Below are positions 9,023 through 18,079 of a DNA stretch of 64,000 nucleotides, in pieces; the stretch's first letter is position 1, and every line of letters starts with the position of its first letter. Under the pieces are notes generated by a model. The model saw only the letters and a program-made list of their open reading frames with translations. It was not told the origin of the DNA and did no database searches. The stretch is from Sulfolobales archaeon (GTDB lineage: Archaea > Thermoproteota > Thermoprotei_A > Sulfolobales > NBVN01): the NCBI GenBank assembly GCA_038831135.1, contig JAWBKW010000004.1:29135-93134 (forward strand), written 5' to 3'. A program made the position numbers and the translations under genes.

Positions 9023-12000
9023 CTACGACCCCCTCCTAGAGAACTTTAATAAACCCTGCTGAGGAACCTCACCTAAAGCATTTAGTAGAACTGCTACAGC
9101 CCTCCTCTCACTCTCATTCTCAGGAAGTACGTTGTAGAGTATTCTTGCAAGTGCTACAGCTTCTTCAACGTACTGAGGACTCCTCGCCTTAATCTCGGAG
9201 TAACGCTTCATGAATACCTCCTTCGGCGTACTTATAGCTAAGTATTCAAGTAGGTGTAACGCATCGATAGAGGACCTTATGGTCGGTGATGAAGGACTTA
9301 AGCCTCTATCAGCTAATGTAACCTCTATAGACTGCCGAACATCTTCTACATGTAGAGCATGCTTAGGCTCAATAAGAACCACCCTATCATCCTCCCTACG
9401 CACCAGCCTCAAAGCCTCAAGCATCGAGAGGTCTGACCGCGTACCTATAGAGAATATTACAGCTGTACTCCTATCCATATACCTCCTATCCGCTCCAGGC
9501 CTCCTCTCAATAAGAACCTTAGCTAGGAGGTAGAACGTGGATTGAGGGCTGAATCTCTTCTCAGCAACTATGGACCCGAGTGACCGCGCTATAGCTTCAG
9601 CCGTAGCTGGGTAAACATGATTCTCAACTAAATTCTTCAAACCATCCTCCCTCAAATCACCAACACCAACTAAGGACCTGTACTGAGTGAAGTGAGATAA
9701 CACGCAACCAAGCACGGCAACAAACAAATCAATACTACTACGCCCCGCCCTCCTAAGATCCCCAGCAAACTCACTACACGCACCAACAGACCTAGCGTAA
9801 ACCTCATCAACAAGGGCCTCCCCAGAAACCCCCTTCCTCCACACAACAACTAGTGAGGTATCTAGACTAACCTTACCGCGAGCAGTAACCCTCTGAGCCG
9901 ACTCAGTAACAATGCTATGTGCAGCAGTAATCCTAAGGCCTGCGTTAAGCCAGCCAGCCTCAAGAAGAGCCTCCCAAGCATCAGGAGTTGTATGAGCATA
10001 ATAAGTAGCAATAACACCACCATCACTAAGCTTATCAACCATAGATTTAAACGACTTAGCTAAAAGCCCACTAAAATGATCGAAAGAACTTACCCCCAAG
10101 CCGAAGAACTTACCCCTACCCTCAGACTCGCTAACCTCCCTCACCGCAAACACCTTCCACTGAACCTCAACCTCACTACCAGCCTCATCAAAGAAGGCTT
10201 CAGGATAAAACCTAGGAGCCACCATTAAAACTCCCCCAACCTCACTAACATCACTTAAAGCTCTCTTCAACCACACATAATAGAAGTCGCTGAGCTCCGC
10301 GTAGGCAACATCATCCCTGTACGGCGGGTCCGTAACGATTAGGTCGAACCTCTCGTCCCCGAGCTTGCCGAGAACCGTGGCATCGTCCAGCACAACCTCA
10401 ACACGGCTAGGACTACCCGAAACAGCGTTGATAAGGTAATTTATACCGTTGTTTACAGTATTTATGTTTCTAAGAAATGAGCCAGTAATTGGAACTGTAG
10501 GCGGTAGTTCACACCAATTCCAAACCATGGCAATTCCTCTGAACGTTAATGCTCCTGCCGCTAGCGCACCCATTATTGTATCTGCTCTTACCGGTGAGAC
10601 TATCGAGGAAAATGTTGCATATCTCACTAGTGTTATTGCTAGGTATGTTGTTACTGCTTCTGCGTATTTGTGTGCTTTCTGCCTGTCCCAGCCCTGCTCC
10701 AGCTTCTCCTCCTCTACCCTCCTACCGGCTTCGCGTACCAGCTTGACGAGCTTGACTAGGGTTAGGAGCTGGCGCGGGTTGAAGAATTGATACCATTTCT
10801 CGACAACATCTACTGGGAAACGAAGACCACCCCCGACGTTTCCATAAGGTGGTATCGGCTCTGTCGGTATGTCTGGGTCTCCCCATATCTGCTTGAGCTT
10901 CTCTAGTGCTTTCCAGGGGTTCTCGTTGTCTTGTTTGGTAGTTGGTTCGAAAATCATTTTTCTGTTTATTATTTTTACTTTGGCTATTAGTCTTGGTCTT
11001 GCTTTACTTTCTAGTAGTTGTTGTAGTGTTATTTCTCCTGAGAGGTATTTTTCTAGGTTTTGGTTCCACTCTCTTAGTGCTTGTTTGACGTACCATCCTT
11101 CGTTTTTTCCTTTACTTGTTATTGTGTTATTGCATAGTAGGCATGTTGCTGTTTCTCTTCTTGCGTCTATATTTGGTCTTGGTATGTTGTATCTTATTCC
11201 ATGTGTTTCTACTACTCCTTGTTTCGTATTTATCCTTGCCTCTATGTTGTGTTTGTTTAGTTCTTTATTTAGATCTACGATATCTATGTATACGTTGTTT
11301 CCAGCTACTTTGGGTGTCATCCAGGCTAACCTACTGTACGTACCCCTCCTAGCCCTTTCCTCAACTTCTTCCTCCTCTGACGGCCCCTCCTTAGATACTC
11401 TTGCCAGCCACCAGTTCCCTATTAGTGGTGTGTATCTGTTGCAGTGGGGGCATCTCGCTTCCCACGAACCTATGTATACGGCTACGTCTTCATCGTATAG
11501 CTTCTTTACGTCTGAGTCATTCTTTAATTGCTCTATTACCCACTCACCCCACCTCTCTAGGTCTCTGATTAACGCACCATCTAGCTTCTCATCAACGACC
11601 CACTTAGGTATTTCTAGGACTGCTTTAAGGAATATGTAGGCCGTTGGTAGGAGTTCCACCGCAACTACGTCACCTACACCTAACCTAATAGCTTCCAGGG
11701 GTATTGAACCAAAACCTGCGAATGGGTCTAGGAGCCTAGCATTCTTGAGTAAATCCCTATACCTCGGGGCTACGAGTGGGTTGTGCTTATGTGGAACGCC
11801 TTCAACACCTATAAGTCTAACCATACGGGAAAACTCTGCTGGCTCAGTTGATTCAGGAAGGAGGGATGCGGCCACAGTAGCTCTAGCGCTAATCAACGGC
11901 TTTCGAGTCCACCAAAACACCATCTCCCAAATCGGGGGCCTACCACCCCCACCCTTCTCCCTCGCAGAAGCCTTATTAATCAGATCTACGGGAAATCTAT

Positions 12001-12031
12001 CCGACCCAATAAATCTACGCTCCATAAACAC
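9023..12031 (-). CDS. DUF1156-containing adenine-specific DNA methyltransferase
   Basis: WWTRKPL, LDPFAGFGSIPLEA (motif I), CPHC/CLLC, FNPRQLL, TDPPY...YAELSDFYYVWLKR (motif IV). Confidence 0.92.
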   Translation of the reverse strand: MFMERRFIGSDRFPVDLINKASAREKGGGGRPPIWEMVFWWTRKPLISARATVAASLLPESTEPAEFSRMVRLIGVEGVPHKHNPLVAPRYRDLLKNARLLDPFAGFGSIPLEAIRLGVGDVVAVELLPTAYIFLKAVLEIPKWVVDEKLDGALIRDLERWGEWVIEQLKNDSDVKKLYDEDVAVYIGSWEARCPHCNRYTPLIGNWWLARVSKEGPSEEEEVEERARRGTYSRLAWMTPKVAGNNVYIDIVDLNKELNKHNIEARINTKQGVVETHGIRYNIPRPNIDARRETATCLLCNNTITSKGKNEGWYVKQALREWNQNLEKYLSGEITLQQLLESKARPRLIAKVKIINRKMIFEPTTKQDNENPWKALEKLKQIWGDPDIPTEPIPPYGNVGGGLRFPVDVVEKWYQFFNPRQLLTLVKLVKLVREAGRRVEEEKLEQGWDRQKAHKYAEAVTTYLAITLVRYATFSSIVSPVRADTIMGALAAGALTFRGIAMVWNWCELPPTVPITGSFLRNINTVNNGINYLINAVSGSPSRVEVVLDDATVLGKLGDERFDLIVTDPPYRDDVAYAELSDFYYVWLKRALSDVSEVGGVLMVAPRFYPEAFFDEAGSEVEVQWKVFAVREVSESEGRGKFFGLGVSSFDHFSGLLAKSFKSMVDKLSDGGVIATYYAHTTPDAWEALLEAGWLNAGLRITAAHSIVTESAQRVTARGKVSLDTSLVVVWRKGVSGEALVDEVYARSVGACSEFAGDLRRAGRSSIDLFVAVLGCVLSHFTQYRSLVGVGDLREDGLKNLVENHVYPATAEAIARSLGSIVAEKRFSPQSTFYLLAKVLIERRPGADRRYMDRSTAVIFSIGTRSDLSMLEALRLVRREDDRVVLIEPKHALHVEDVRQSIEVTLADRGLSPSSPTIRSSIDALHLLEYLAISTPKEVFMKRYSEIKARSPQYVEEAVALARILYNVLPENESERRAVAVLLNALGEVPQQGLLKFSRRGS

Positions 12032-12486
12032 ACCGGAACCTAACTACCTACCCAACCTTATGTTATGCAGGAAATACATAAAAACTTTTTAGCCAGTAAT
12101 CCCCAAAAATACCTCACAAAATCCTTACAATGATTACTTTAAAGTCCCCTCCAGCACTAATCACCGTACATATAAAAACACCGCGAAGTACTACCTACTG
12201 AGGAATAAGTTAAAAATAATATAAGAAAACACCGAAGAAGTTCTTAAGGATGCCCATTGATGTCGCCATCTCCACGGACGTCCTCAGACCATTTCCGTAA
12301 TTCATGACGCGGAATGCGAAGATCGGGTCCAAGATCTTCGGGCTAAGTAGGGGCTACGGAACTCTGGGAGGCAACTCATAAAGCATAATGTGCCGTCCAG
12401 AAGATCATGAAGTTAAAATTAAGCAACTCAGAGAACACGTTTCGGAATTTAGAGGTTTTTAAGCGTTCTTACCATTATATTCCTGT

Positions 12487-13569
12487 ATGACGATGAGATT
12501 ATTGCCGACCATCCGAAAGATTATTTTTATCATCTTTTATAGTATTTATTTCCTTTGCTCGTTACGCGTCTTTTACACTCTCATATTCCAATCGCAGAGA
12601 CTCGTCTCTGATTATGTCTATCTTGGAGTCCCTCTGTCATATTCGCTATTCTACTTATTATGTTACTTTACGCGTTGGTCAGCTAGTCAGACATGCGGGT
12701 CATCGCGCTTGATACTCCCACTATTAGGTAACCGGATTTCTATGCTTACACATTTTATCCTGTTCTTCGGACTCTTCCTAATAATGTTCTCTCTAATATA
12801 TGTCGTGGTTGGTATTTTCATCTTTCCATTGTTTATCTTCCCTAGCTACGGACTGATCGATTATAACATATTCGTTACATTCCTTATAATAGCGTCAGTA
12901 ATTTCTGCGATAGGCTTAATGCTCGTATTTAAACATCCTACTAGGTCACACTTTATTATCGGAGTTTTCATGATAGCTACGGTACTCAGCATACCGGTAG
13001 CACCTCTGATGGTCAGCTTCGTGCCTTGGATTGAGGATGCGTATAAGAATGAGTTGAGGGGTTATGAGGCTGTATTAGGTTATTGCTTTGCAAATACCTC
13101 CCCACAATGCTTATTTGAAGCGGTGAAGGAATATACGAACCGCTTTATAGGCACTTACAAATATCCGTATCCGAAGCCGAGACAGTTCCTTATCGACGCG
13201 CTGAATGCTGAATTCGTTAAAAAGCTTGCAGTAATTCTTAAGACAGGTGCGTGTGAGGACTACTCGTTAGGACTGACAAAACTTATAGAGGATATCTACG
13301 GTCTTAAGACCAGGGTTGTAGTCTTCGATGTGTGGGACCATGCAATGCCTGAAGCCGAAATCAACGGTACTTGGTATGTACTCGACCTAGTATTCACAAC
13401 CCCTAACAACATAGTAAAGGCCTCAGACTACGCCGGACACCTCAGCAAAATATGCAGAGAGCTAGGAGGGAACTACTGCGAACTCTACGAAAAGTTGGTG
13501 AAGAGGGAGGCAAAGATAATGGACGGAAGCAGTAGAGAAGACCTAACAAAAGAGCACGGCTTCAGCTAG
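12487..13569 (+). CDS. Multi-pass membrane protein with C-terminal transglutaminase-like (PNGase-like) Cys-His-Asp domain
   Basis: About 5 hydrophobic N-terminal segments, then KTGACEDYS...TRVV...DHAMPEAEINGTWYVLD. Confidence 0.8.
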   Translation: MTMRLLPTIRKIIFIIFYSIYFLCSLRVFYTLIFQSQRLVSDYVYLGVPLSYSLFYLLCYFTRWSASQTCGSSRLILPLLGNRISMLTHFILFFGLFLIMFSLIYVVVGIFIFPLFIFPSYGLIDYNIFVTFLIIASVISAIGLMLVFKHPTRSHFIIGVFMIATVLSIPVAPLMVSFVPWIEDAYKNELRGYEAVLGYCFANTSPQCLFEAVKEYTNRFIGTYKYPYPKPRQFLIDALNAEFVKKLAVILKTGACEDYSLGLTKLIEDIYGLKTRVVVFDVWDHAMPEAEINGTWYVLDLVFTTPNNIVKASDYAGHLSKICRELGGNYCELYEKLVKREAKIMDGSSREDLTKEHGFS

Positions 13570-13601
13570 CAGGCACTCACTAGCTGGCATGATAGTTGAG
13601 A

Positions 13602-13619
13602 CTGAGGCTGGAGCCTCAG
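13602..13619. repeat. Perfect 8-bp inverted repeat downstream of the transglutaminase gene
   Basis: CTGAGGCT-GG-AGCCTCAG. Confidence 0.45.
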
Positions 13620-13899
13620 CCACTCCCTCCTCTATTTGATTTTGTGAGTAGAGGTGTAGGACCTCTTAGAACTACGGCATGACGGGAAGAACGAATATCT
13701 CCGTTGCAACCACAATGCCAGGCAGTTCTCTTTACTTCGACTGCAGCGACCTCCGCGAAATCTATAACCCTGTCAAAGAAGGTAGTGAGGAAGTTTGAGA
13801 GAAGTTTTCCTTATAGGGATAGTTCTATAGGAGGTGTTAGGTAATTTTAAGGTATTTAACGTTTGAGGTTAGGATGTTTTGGAAGTGGGGGTCTTTAGG

Positions 13900-14910
13900 T
13901 TAGTACCAGAATGTTGTGAAGGTGTGTTCGGGGACCATGTACTTAGGGTCTTTAAATGCTTTGCAGGTGGGGGATAGGGTGCAGCCTCCGTCGCGTCCTC
14001 TTAGCTCCGCACGCCCAGTACTGCATGAGTATCTACATGCGGGTTTATCTCTGGTGCAGCATTTCCTGCCGAAGCTCCATAGCATGTCGTCTAATATGAA
14101 TGGGTTTAGGGATGAGGTGGTTGATACTTCCTTATATGCCTTCCTAGCTGTGAGTCTTAAGATTACGTCCATTTCTTCACTGAATTCCTCCCCAGAGGCT
14201 ATGGCTGTGAGGGTTCTGTCGTCAACTTCGATTAGGCCTGTCCTTAATGCTATCCTACTTAGGTGGTTGTCTACTGGGACTTCCTTATTATGCTGGTCCA
14301 CTATTTCTAATACCTTCCTCCTCTCGAGGAACTTTGCTAGTAGGAAGGCTTTCTTCTCCACAGGGTCTTGGTAGGCTTTAAACACCTTAACAATGTTTAG
14401 AAATCCTCCAGCAACGTCTCTAAGCCTGCCCCTAGACTCTAAGACCACGTTGTATGGGTCGCCGTCAAATAATTTAAGTAGCTTTAAGCCTAGGTCTCTT
14501 AGGAGTTCTGCTCTAATGTCGGGGTCGGGGACTCTGACCTTCAACTTACTGCCTAATGTGAGCCAATCCACGACCTCCCTAGTAGTTATCTTAGCCAGCC
14601 TCCCAGCCTCGAAGAAACTTAAATCCTCCTCAAACTTCATACTGCCAAGCCTGTATAGGAGGTCTGCCCCATGGTGGGTCTTACCATCAATTACTGCCTC
14701 GTAAGGTATCCCCGAACCGCTAAGCCTATGGTCCATAGCAACCATCACTAAGAAGTAAGCAGTTACAGTCCTCCTATCAGCACTAGCAGGCGGGTAGAAA
14801 TCAACATCTAAAAACATATCCACCTCCAAACCAGTAGCCATAAAGGAGAACAGCCTACCGAGCTCACCAACCCTAACTCCGTTAATCCCTAAGTAAATTA
14901 CTACCACCAC
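13900..14910 (-). CDS. HhH-GPD superfamily protein with C-terminal Fe-S cluster loop (queuosine-salvage/N-glycosylase-like)
   Basis: DPVEKKAFL, PVDNHLSRIALRTG, LDDMLW, Cys-rich tail CCTRDKPAC...CTLSPTC like an EndoIII 4Fe-4S loop. Confidence 0.65.
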   Translation of the reverse strand: MVVVIYLGINGVRVGELGRLFSFMATGLEVDMFLDVDFYPPASADRRTVTAYFLVMVAMDHRLSGSGIPYEAVIDGKTHHGADLLYRLGSMKFEEDLSFFEAGRLAKITTREVVDWLTLGSKLKVRVPDPDIRAELLRDLGLKLLKLFDGDPYNVVLESRGRLRDVAGGFLNIVKVFKAYQDPVEKKAFLLAKFLERRKVLEIVDQHNKEVPVDNHLSRIALRTGLIEVDDRTLTAIASGEEFSEEMDVILRLTARKAYKEVSTTSSLNPFILDDMLWSFGRKCCTRDKPACRYSCSTGRAELRGRDGGCTLSPTCKAFKDPKYMVPEHTFTTFWY

Positions 14911-15200
14911 ATAATGTAGGTCGCGTAGCCTTATTACCCTTCACACCTCATAAAACTACCAATTAAAATCGGTGTAGGTCAGCATCCTCACCCAATCAGA
15001 CCTCGTAAACCCATCACCTAACTCAAAGCCACTTAAAAACCTCCACACCATGATGATAGCGTGTATCAACAATAAACATCACAAACGAACACCCACCTTA
15101 GCTAAGTAGTCCCTTAGTAGGGATAGGAACACCTAAACCTCACCCCCATGAAAGTGTGGGGTTTACTCACTTTTAGCAGTGTTTGTATTGGCTGGCGTTC

Positions 15201-15977
15201 TTAGTCCTCAATGGTTGTGTTGGTGTAGGTCCTTACCGCTACTGCAGTGCTCAATACTGCGAATATACATAGTAGGCCGACGTCAACTGCTGGTTCGAAT
15301 CTCGACGTCCCTGTCAGGCTGTACCTCATCCCGTCTACGGCGTAGGTTACTGGGTTTACATAAGCTATTAATCTTACCCAGTCTGGTAGGTTGTCAATCG
15401 GATAGAAAACCCCGCCTAGGAATATGAGGGGCATCGTTATCAGGTTTATAAACATTTGGAAGCCCTCCATACTGGATAGCTTTAGAGATATGATTAGGCC
15501 TAATGATGTGAAGCACATTGAGAGTATTAGACCGTATAGCGTTGCTGGTAGGATGCCTGGGAGTTTCATTTGAGGCGTTATGAAGTACATGAAAGTTAGG
15601 ATTATGAGGCCTTGGGAGATACTGACTAATGAGTCGCCGAAGGCCCTACCCAGTATGACTTCAGCCCTCGACGTAGGTGCTACTAAGGTCTCCTTCAAGA
15701 ACCCGAACCTCTTATCCCATATTACCGACATCCCACTCATGAAGGAGTTCATTATTATTGTCACTGCAACCATACCCGACGCTAGGTAGGTTATGTAGTC
15801 GAGGCCTCCGAAGACTGCCCTAGCTTGAGGGAAGTTGAATATGTTGCCCCAACCCAGTCCGAAGAAGACTGTCCACAGGATGGGGTTTACTAACGCCATA
15901 ACTAACCTAGACCTAGCAGCTATGAACCTCTTAACCTGCCTGTAAGTCATCGTTATGAAGCCGTCCACAACTACCAC
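15201..15977 (-). CDS. ABC-2 type exporter permease (DrrB-like)
   Basis: WDKRFGFLKETLVAP, FYPIDNLPDW, NPVTYAVDGMR; six TM segments. Confidence 0.9.
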   Translation of the reverse strand: MVVVDGFITMTYRQVKRFIAARSRLVMALVNPILWTVFFGLGWGNIFNFPQARAVFGGLDYITYLASGMVAVTIIMNSFMSGMSVIWDKRFGFLKETLVAPTSRAEVILGRAFGDSLVSISQGLIILTFMYFITPQMKLPGILPATLYGLILSMCFTSLGLIISLKLSSMEGFQMFINLITMPLIFLGGVFYPIDNLPDWVRLIAYVNPVTYAVDGMRYSLTGTSRFEPAVDVGLLCIFAVLSTAVAVRTYTNTTIED

Positions 15978-16272
15978 CTCCTAATAAATCTATGGGGGAT
16001 TACGAAATCCTCTAACGAGTCCCTCAACTCCCTCCCAGTTAAGTGTATGAAGACCTCGTTTAGTGTTGGGCGTTTATAGCTGACCTCAGAAACCTCAACC
16101 CCTAACTCAGCAGTTAATTCGAGGAGTTTAGGTATTGAGGTTGAAGCATCCCTCACAACAACCTCCATTAAGTCCTCCCTAACCACCTTACACCTAATTA
16201 TGAAGTCAGCCTCTAAACACTGCTTAAGGTCTTTCAAGCCGCTTTTAAACCTCACGTATATTACCTCATTAC
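15971..16272 (-). pseudogene. 3' fragment of DrrA-like ABC ATP-binding gene (C-terminal domain), cut off by the IS
   Basis: NEVIYVRFKSG...KRPTLNEVFIHLTGRELRD is the typical DrrA C-terminus; the frame is open up to the IS left end. Confidence 0.85.
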
Positions 16273-16358
16273 AATTTCGAAAGCCTCGCCCTTTAGGGCG
16301 GGGATGGTGTGGTAAGGTTTATAAGTTCTGTATTCTCTAATGTATTCTTGGGATAGCC

Positions 16359-16787
16359 GTGGAGGGCGACTCCCAGACGTGGTTTGAGTTTAGGAGCACT
16401 AGGTATGCTAGGTACTGGTGTGGCTACCACTTCGTGTGGATTCCTAAGTACCGTAGGGATATTTTGGTGGGCGGTGTTGCTGAATACGCTAGAGAGGTGC
16501 TGAAGCAGATACTGCTTGAGCTCGGATGCGAACCTATAGCTATCGAGGTTCTGCCAGACCATGTCCACGTGTTCTGCTCATGCCCCCCACGGCTATCCCC
16601 AGCCTACGTGGTGAACTACCTCAAAGGTAAGAGCGCTAGGAGGATACTGCAGAGGTTCCCTGAGCTGAAAACCGATGCTAGCAGAGGTAGGCTATGGTCT
16701 AGAAGCTACTTTGTAGCAACAGTTGGCAATGTATCAGCAGATGTTGTTAAGAGGTATGTGGAGGAGCAGTGGGTGAAGGAGGAGTGA
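16359..16787 (+). CDS. tnpA: IS200-type Y1 HUH transposase
   Basis: YHFVWIPKYRR, DHVH (HUH), LKGKSAR, LWSRSYFVATVG, catalytic Tyr in KRYVEEQ. Confidence 0.95.
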   Translation: MEGDSQTWFEFRSTRYARYWCGYHFVWIPKYRRDILVGGVAEYAREVLKQILLELGCEPIAIEVLPDHVHVFCSCPPRLSPAYVVNYLKGKSARRILQRFPELKTDASRGRLWSRSYFVATVGNVSADVVKRYVEEQWVKEE

Positions 16788-18079
16788 GGAGAACAGTAGT
16801 ACTGAGATTAGCACCAGATAGAGAATCGGAGAATAAGCTCAAGCTACTTTGCTCACTATCAGCTAAGCTATGGAACGAAGTCAACTACACTAGGAGGAGA
16901 ATGTTCTTTGAGGAGAAGAGAGTAGATCTGAAGACAACGTATAGGGAGTTCTACGAGAAGTACAAAGCTTTAATAGGTTCAGCTACAGCTCAACAGGTCC
17001 TGAACAAGAATGATGAAGCTTGGAGAAGCTTCTTCTCACTACTGAAAGCGAAGAAGGAAGGAAAGCTACCACCGTTCGTAAAGAAGGTGAATTCGCCGGG
17101 GTATAGGAAGAGAGGCGGGTCGAGGGAGCTGTGGTGTGTTCTCAGGAAAGACCAGTACAGGTTCGATGGAGAATACATTGTATTCAAGGGGTTGGGCGCG
17201 ATCAGGAGCATCAGAGTGAGGTACATCGGTAGAGTAAACGTTAGAGGTAAGCAGGGTAGGGCTGAGATACGCTACGACAGTGATGAAAGGAAGTGGTACA
17301 TACATGTAGTGTTCGAGGTCTCTGAGAAGCTGGTTAAGGAAAAATGGGTTGAGGTACCAATGAACCCCTTGGGAGATAAAGTTGCTGGAGTAGATATTGG
17401 TATAAACAACCTGTTAGCAGTATATGTAGAGGATGGTTCTGCTCTACTCGTTTCGGGTAGACCTTTGAAGAGCACTAGCTTCTACTGGAGGAAGAAGATA
17501 GCGGACTACCAGTCCACTTTGAACAGGTACGGATTAAAGACCTCCAGGAGGCTTAGGAGAATGTACGAGAAGTGGAGGAGGCAGGTGAAGAACTACGTAA
17601 ACTGGGTTGTGAGGAACACCGTGGAGTGGTTGTACTGGAGAAGAGTATCAAGAGTAGTAGTTGGCTATCCAAAGTACATTGCTCAAAACAACAATAAAGA
17701 CTCTAAGGTAAACTTCGAGGTGGTTCACATATGGACGTATGGGTATCTGCTGATGAGGATTGCCGAAGTTGGAGAAGAGTACGGTATCAGAGTAGAGTTT
17801 GTCAGCGAAGAAAATACATCCACTACCTGCCCACTATGCAAAGCGAAGAACCAGAACCACAGAAGAGTATACAGAGGATTATTCAAGTGCTACAAGCACA
17901 GCAAATTATTCAACACAGACCTAGTGGGTGCGTACAACATACTACTCAAAACAAAAACCATACCCCCAAGCCCCGTCCTACACGGGGTAGGGGTAATGCG
18001 CCTGAGACCGGGCGCAGAGCTAAACCCGGCGAAAGCCGAGAATGTAGCTCCAAACCTCCCCAGAACCCTCACACTTTAG
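16769..18079 (+). CDS. tnpB: RNA-guided endonuclease TnpB
   Basis: LWNEVNY, GVDIGINN (RuvC-I), EENTSTTCPLC and CYKH Zn finger, NTDLVGAYNI (RuvC-III). The true start may be the GTG at 16784. Confidence 0.93.
   Translation: MGEGGVRRTVVLRLAPDRESENKLKLLCSLSAKLWNEVNYTRRRMFFEEKRVDLKTTYREFYEKYKALIGSATAQQVLNKNDEAWRSFFSLLKAKKEGKLPPFVKKVNSPGYRKRGGSRELWCVLRKDQYRFDGEYIVFKGLGAIRSIRVRYIGRVNVRGKQGRAEIRYDSDERKWYIHVVFEVSEKLVKEKWVEVPMNPLGDKVAGVDIGINNLLAVYVEDGSALLVSGRPLKSTSFYWRKKIADYQSTLNRYGLKTSRRLRRMYEKWRRQVKNYVNWVVRNTVEWLYWRRVSRVVVGYPKYIAQNNNKDSKVNFEVVHIWTYGYLLMRIAEVGEEYGIRVEFVSEENTSTTCPLCKAKNQNHRRVYRGLFKCYKHSKLFNTDLVGAYNILLKTKTIPPSPVLHGVGVMRLRPGAELNPAKAENVAPNLPRTLTL

Noticed and set aside
10449-11639. Long + strand ORFs (113, 256 and 78 aa) rich in F/L/V/S/C that look like membrane proteins
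   Set aside because: Antisense shadows of the methylase produced by the local T/G skew; no recognisable motifs.
12240-12440. GC-richer intergenic stretch that might be a gene remnant
   Set aside because: Frames examined contain stops and no recognisable motif.
641-13620. GCTGAGG (641) and CCTCAGC (13614) as possible terminal inverted repeats of the defence island
   Set aside because: Only 7 bp, expected by chance; no transposase or target duplication.
13650-13800. Minus-strand peptide ...RVIDFAEVAAVEVKR reminiscent of a PD-(D/E)xK motif
   Set aside because: No start codon or supporting context; could be chance.
14970-15052. Possible minus-strand C/D-box sRNA (GTGATGG..CTGA..GTGAGGA..CTGA) or a 31-codon ORF
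   Set aside because: Boxes are imperfect and the second guide would be only 2 nt; the ORF is too short to support.
15135-15165. Imperfect hairpin AAACCTCAC...GTGGGGTTT resembling an IS-end remnant
   Set aside because: Too short and degenerate, with no partner end; it may just reflect the skew switch.
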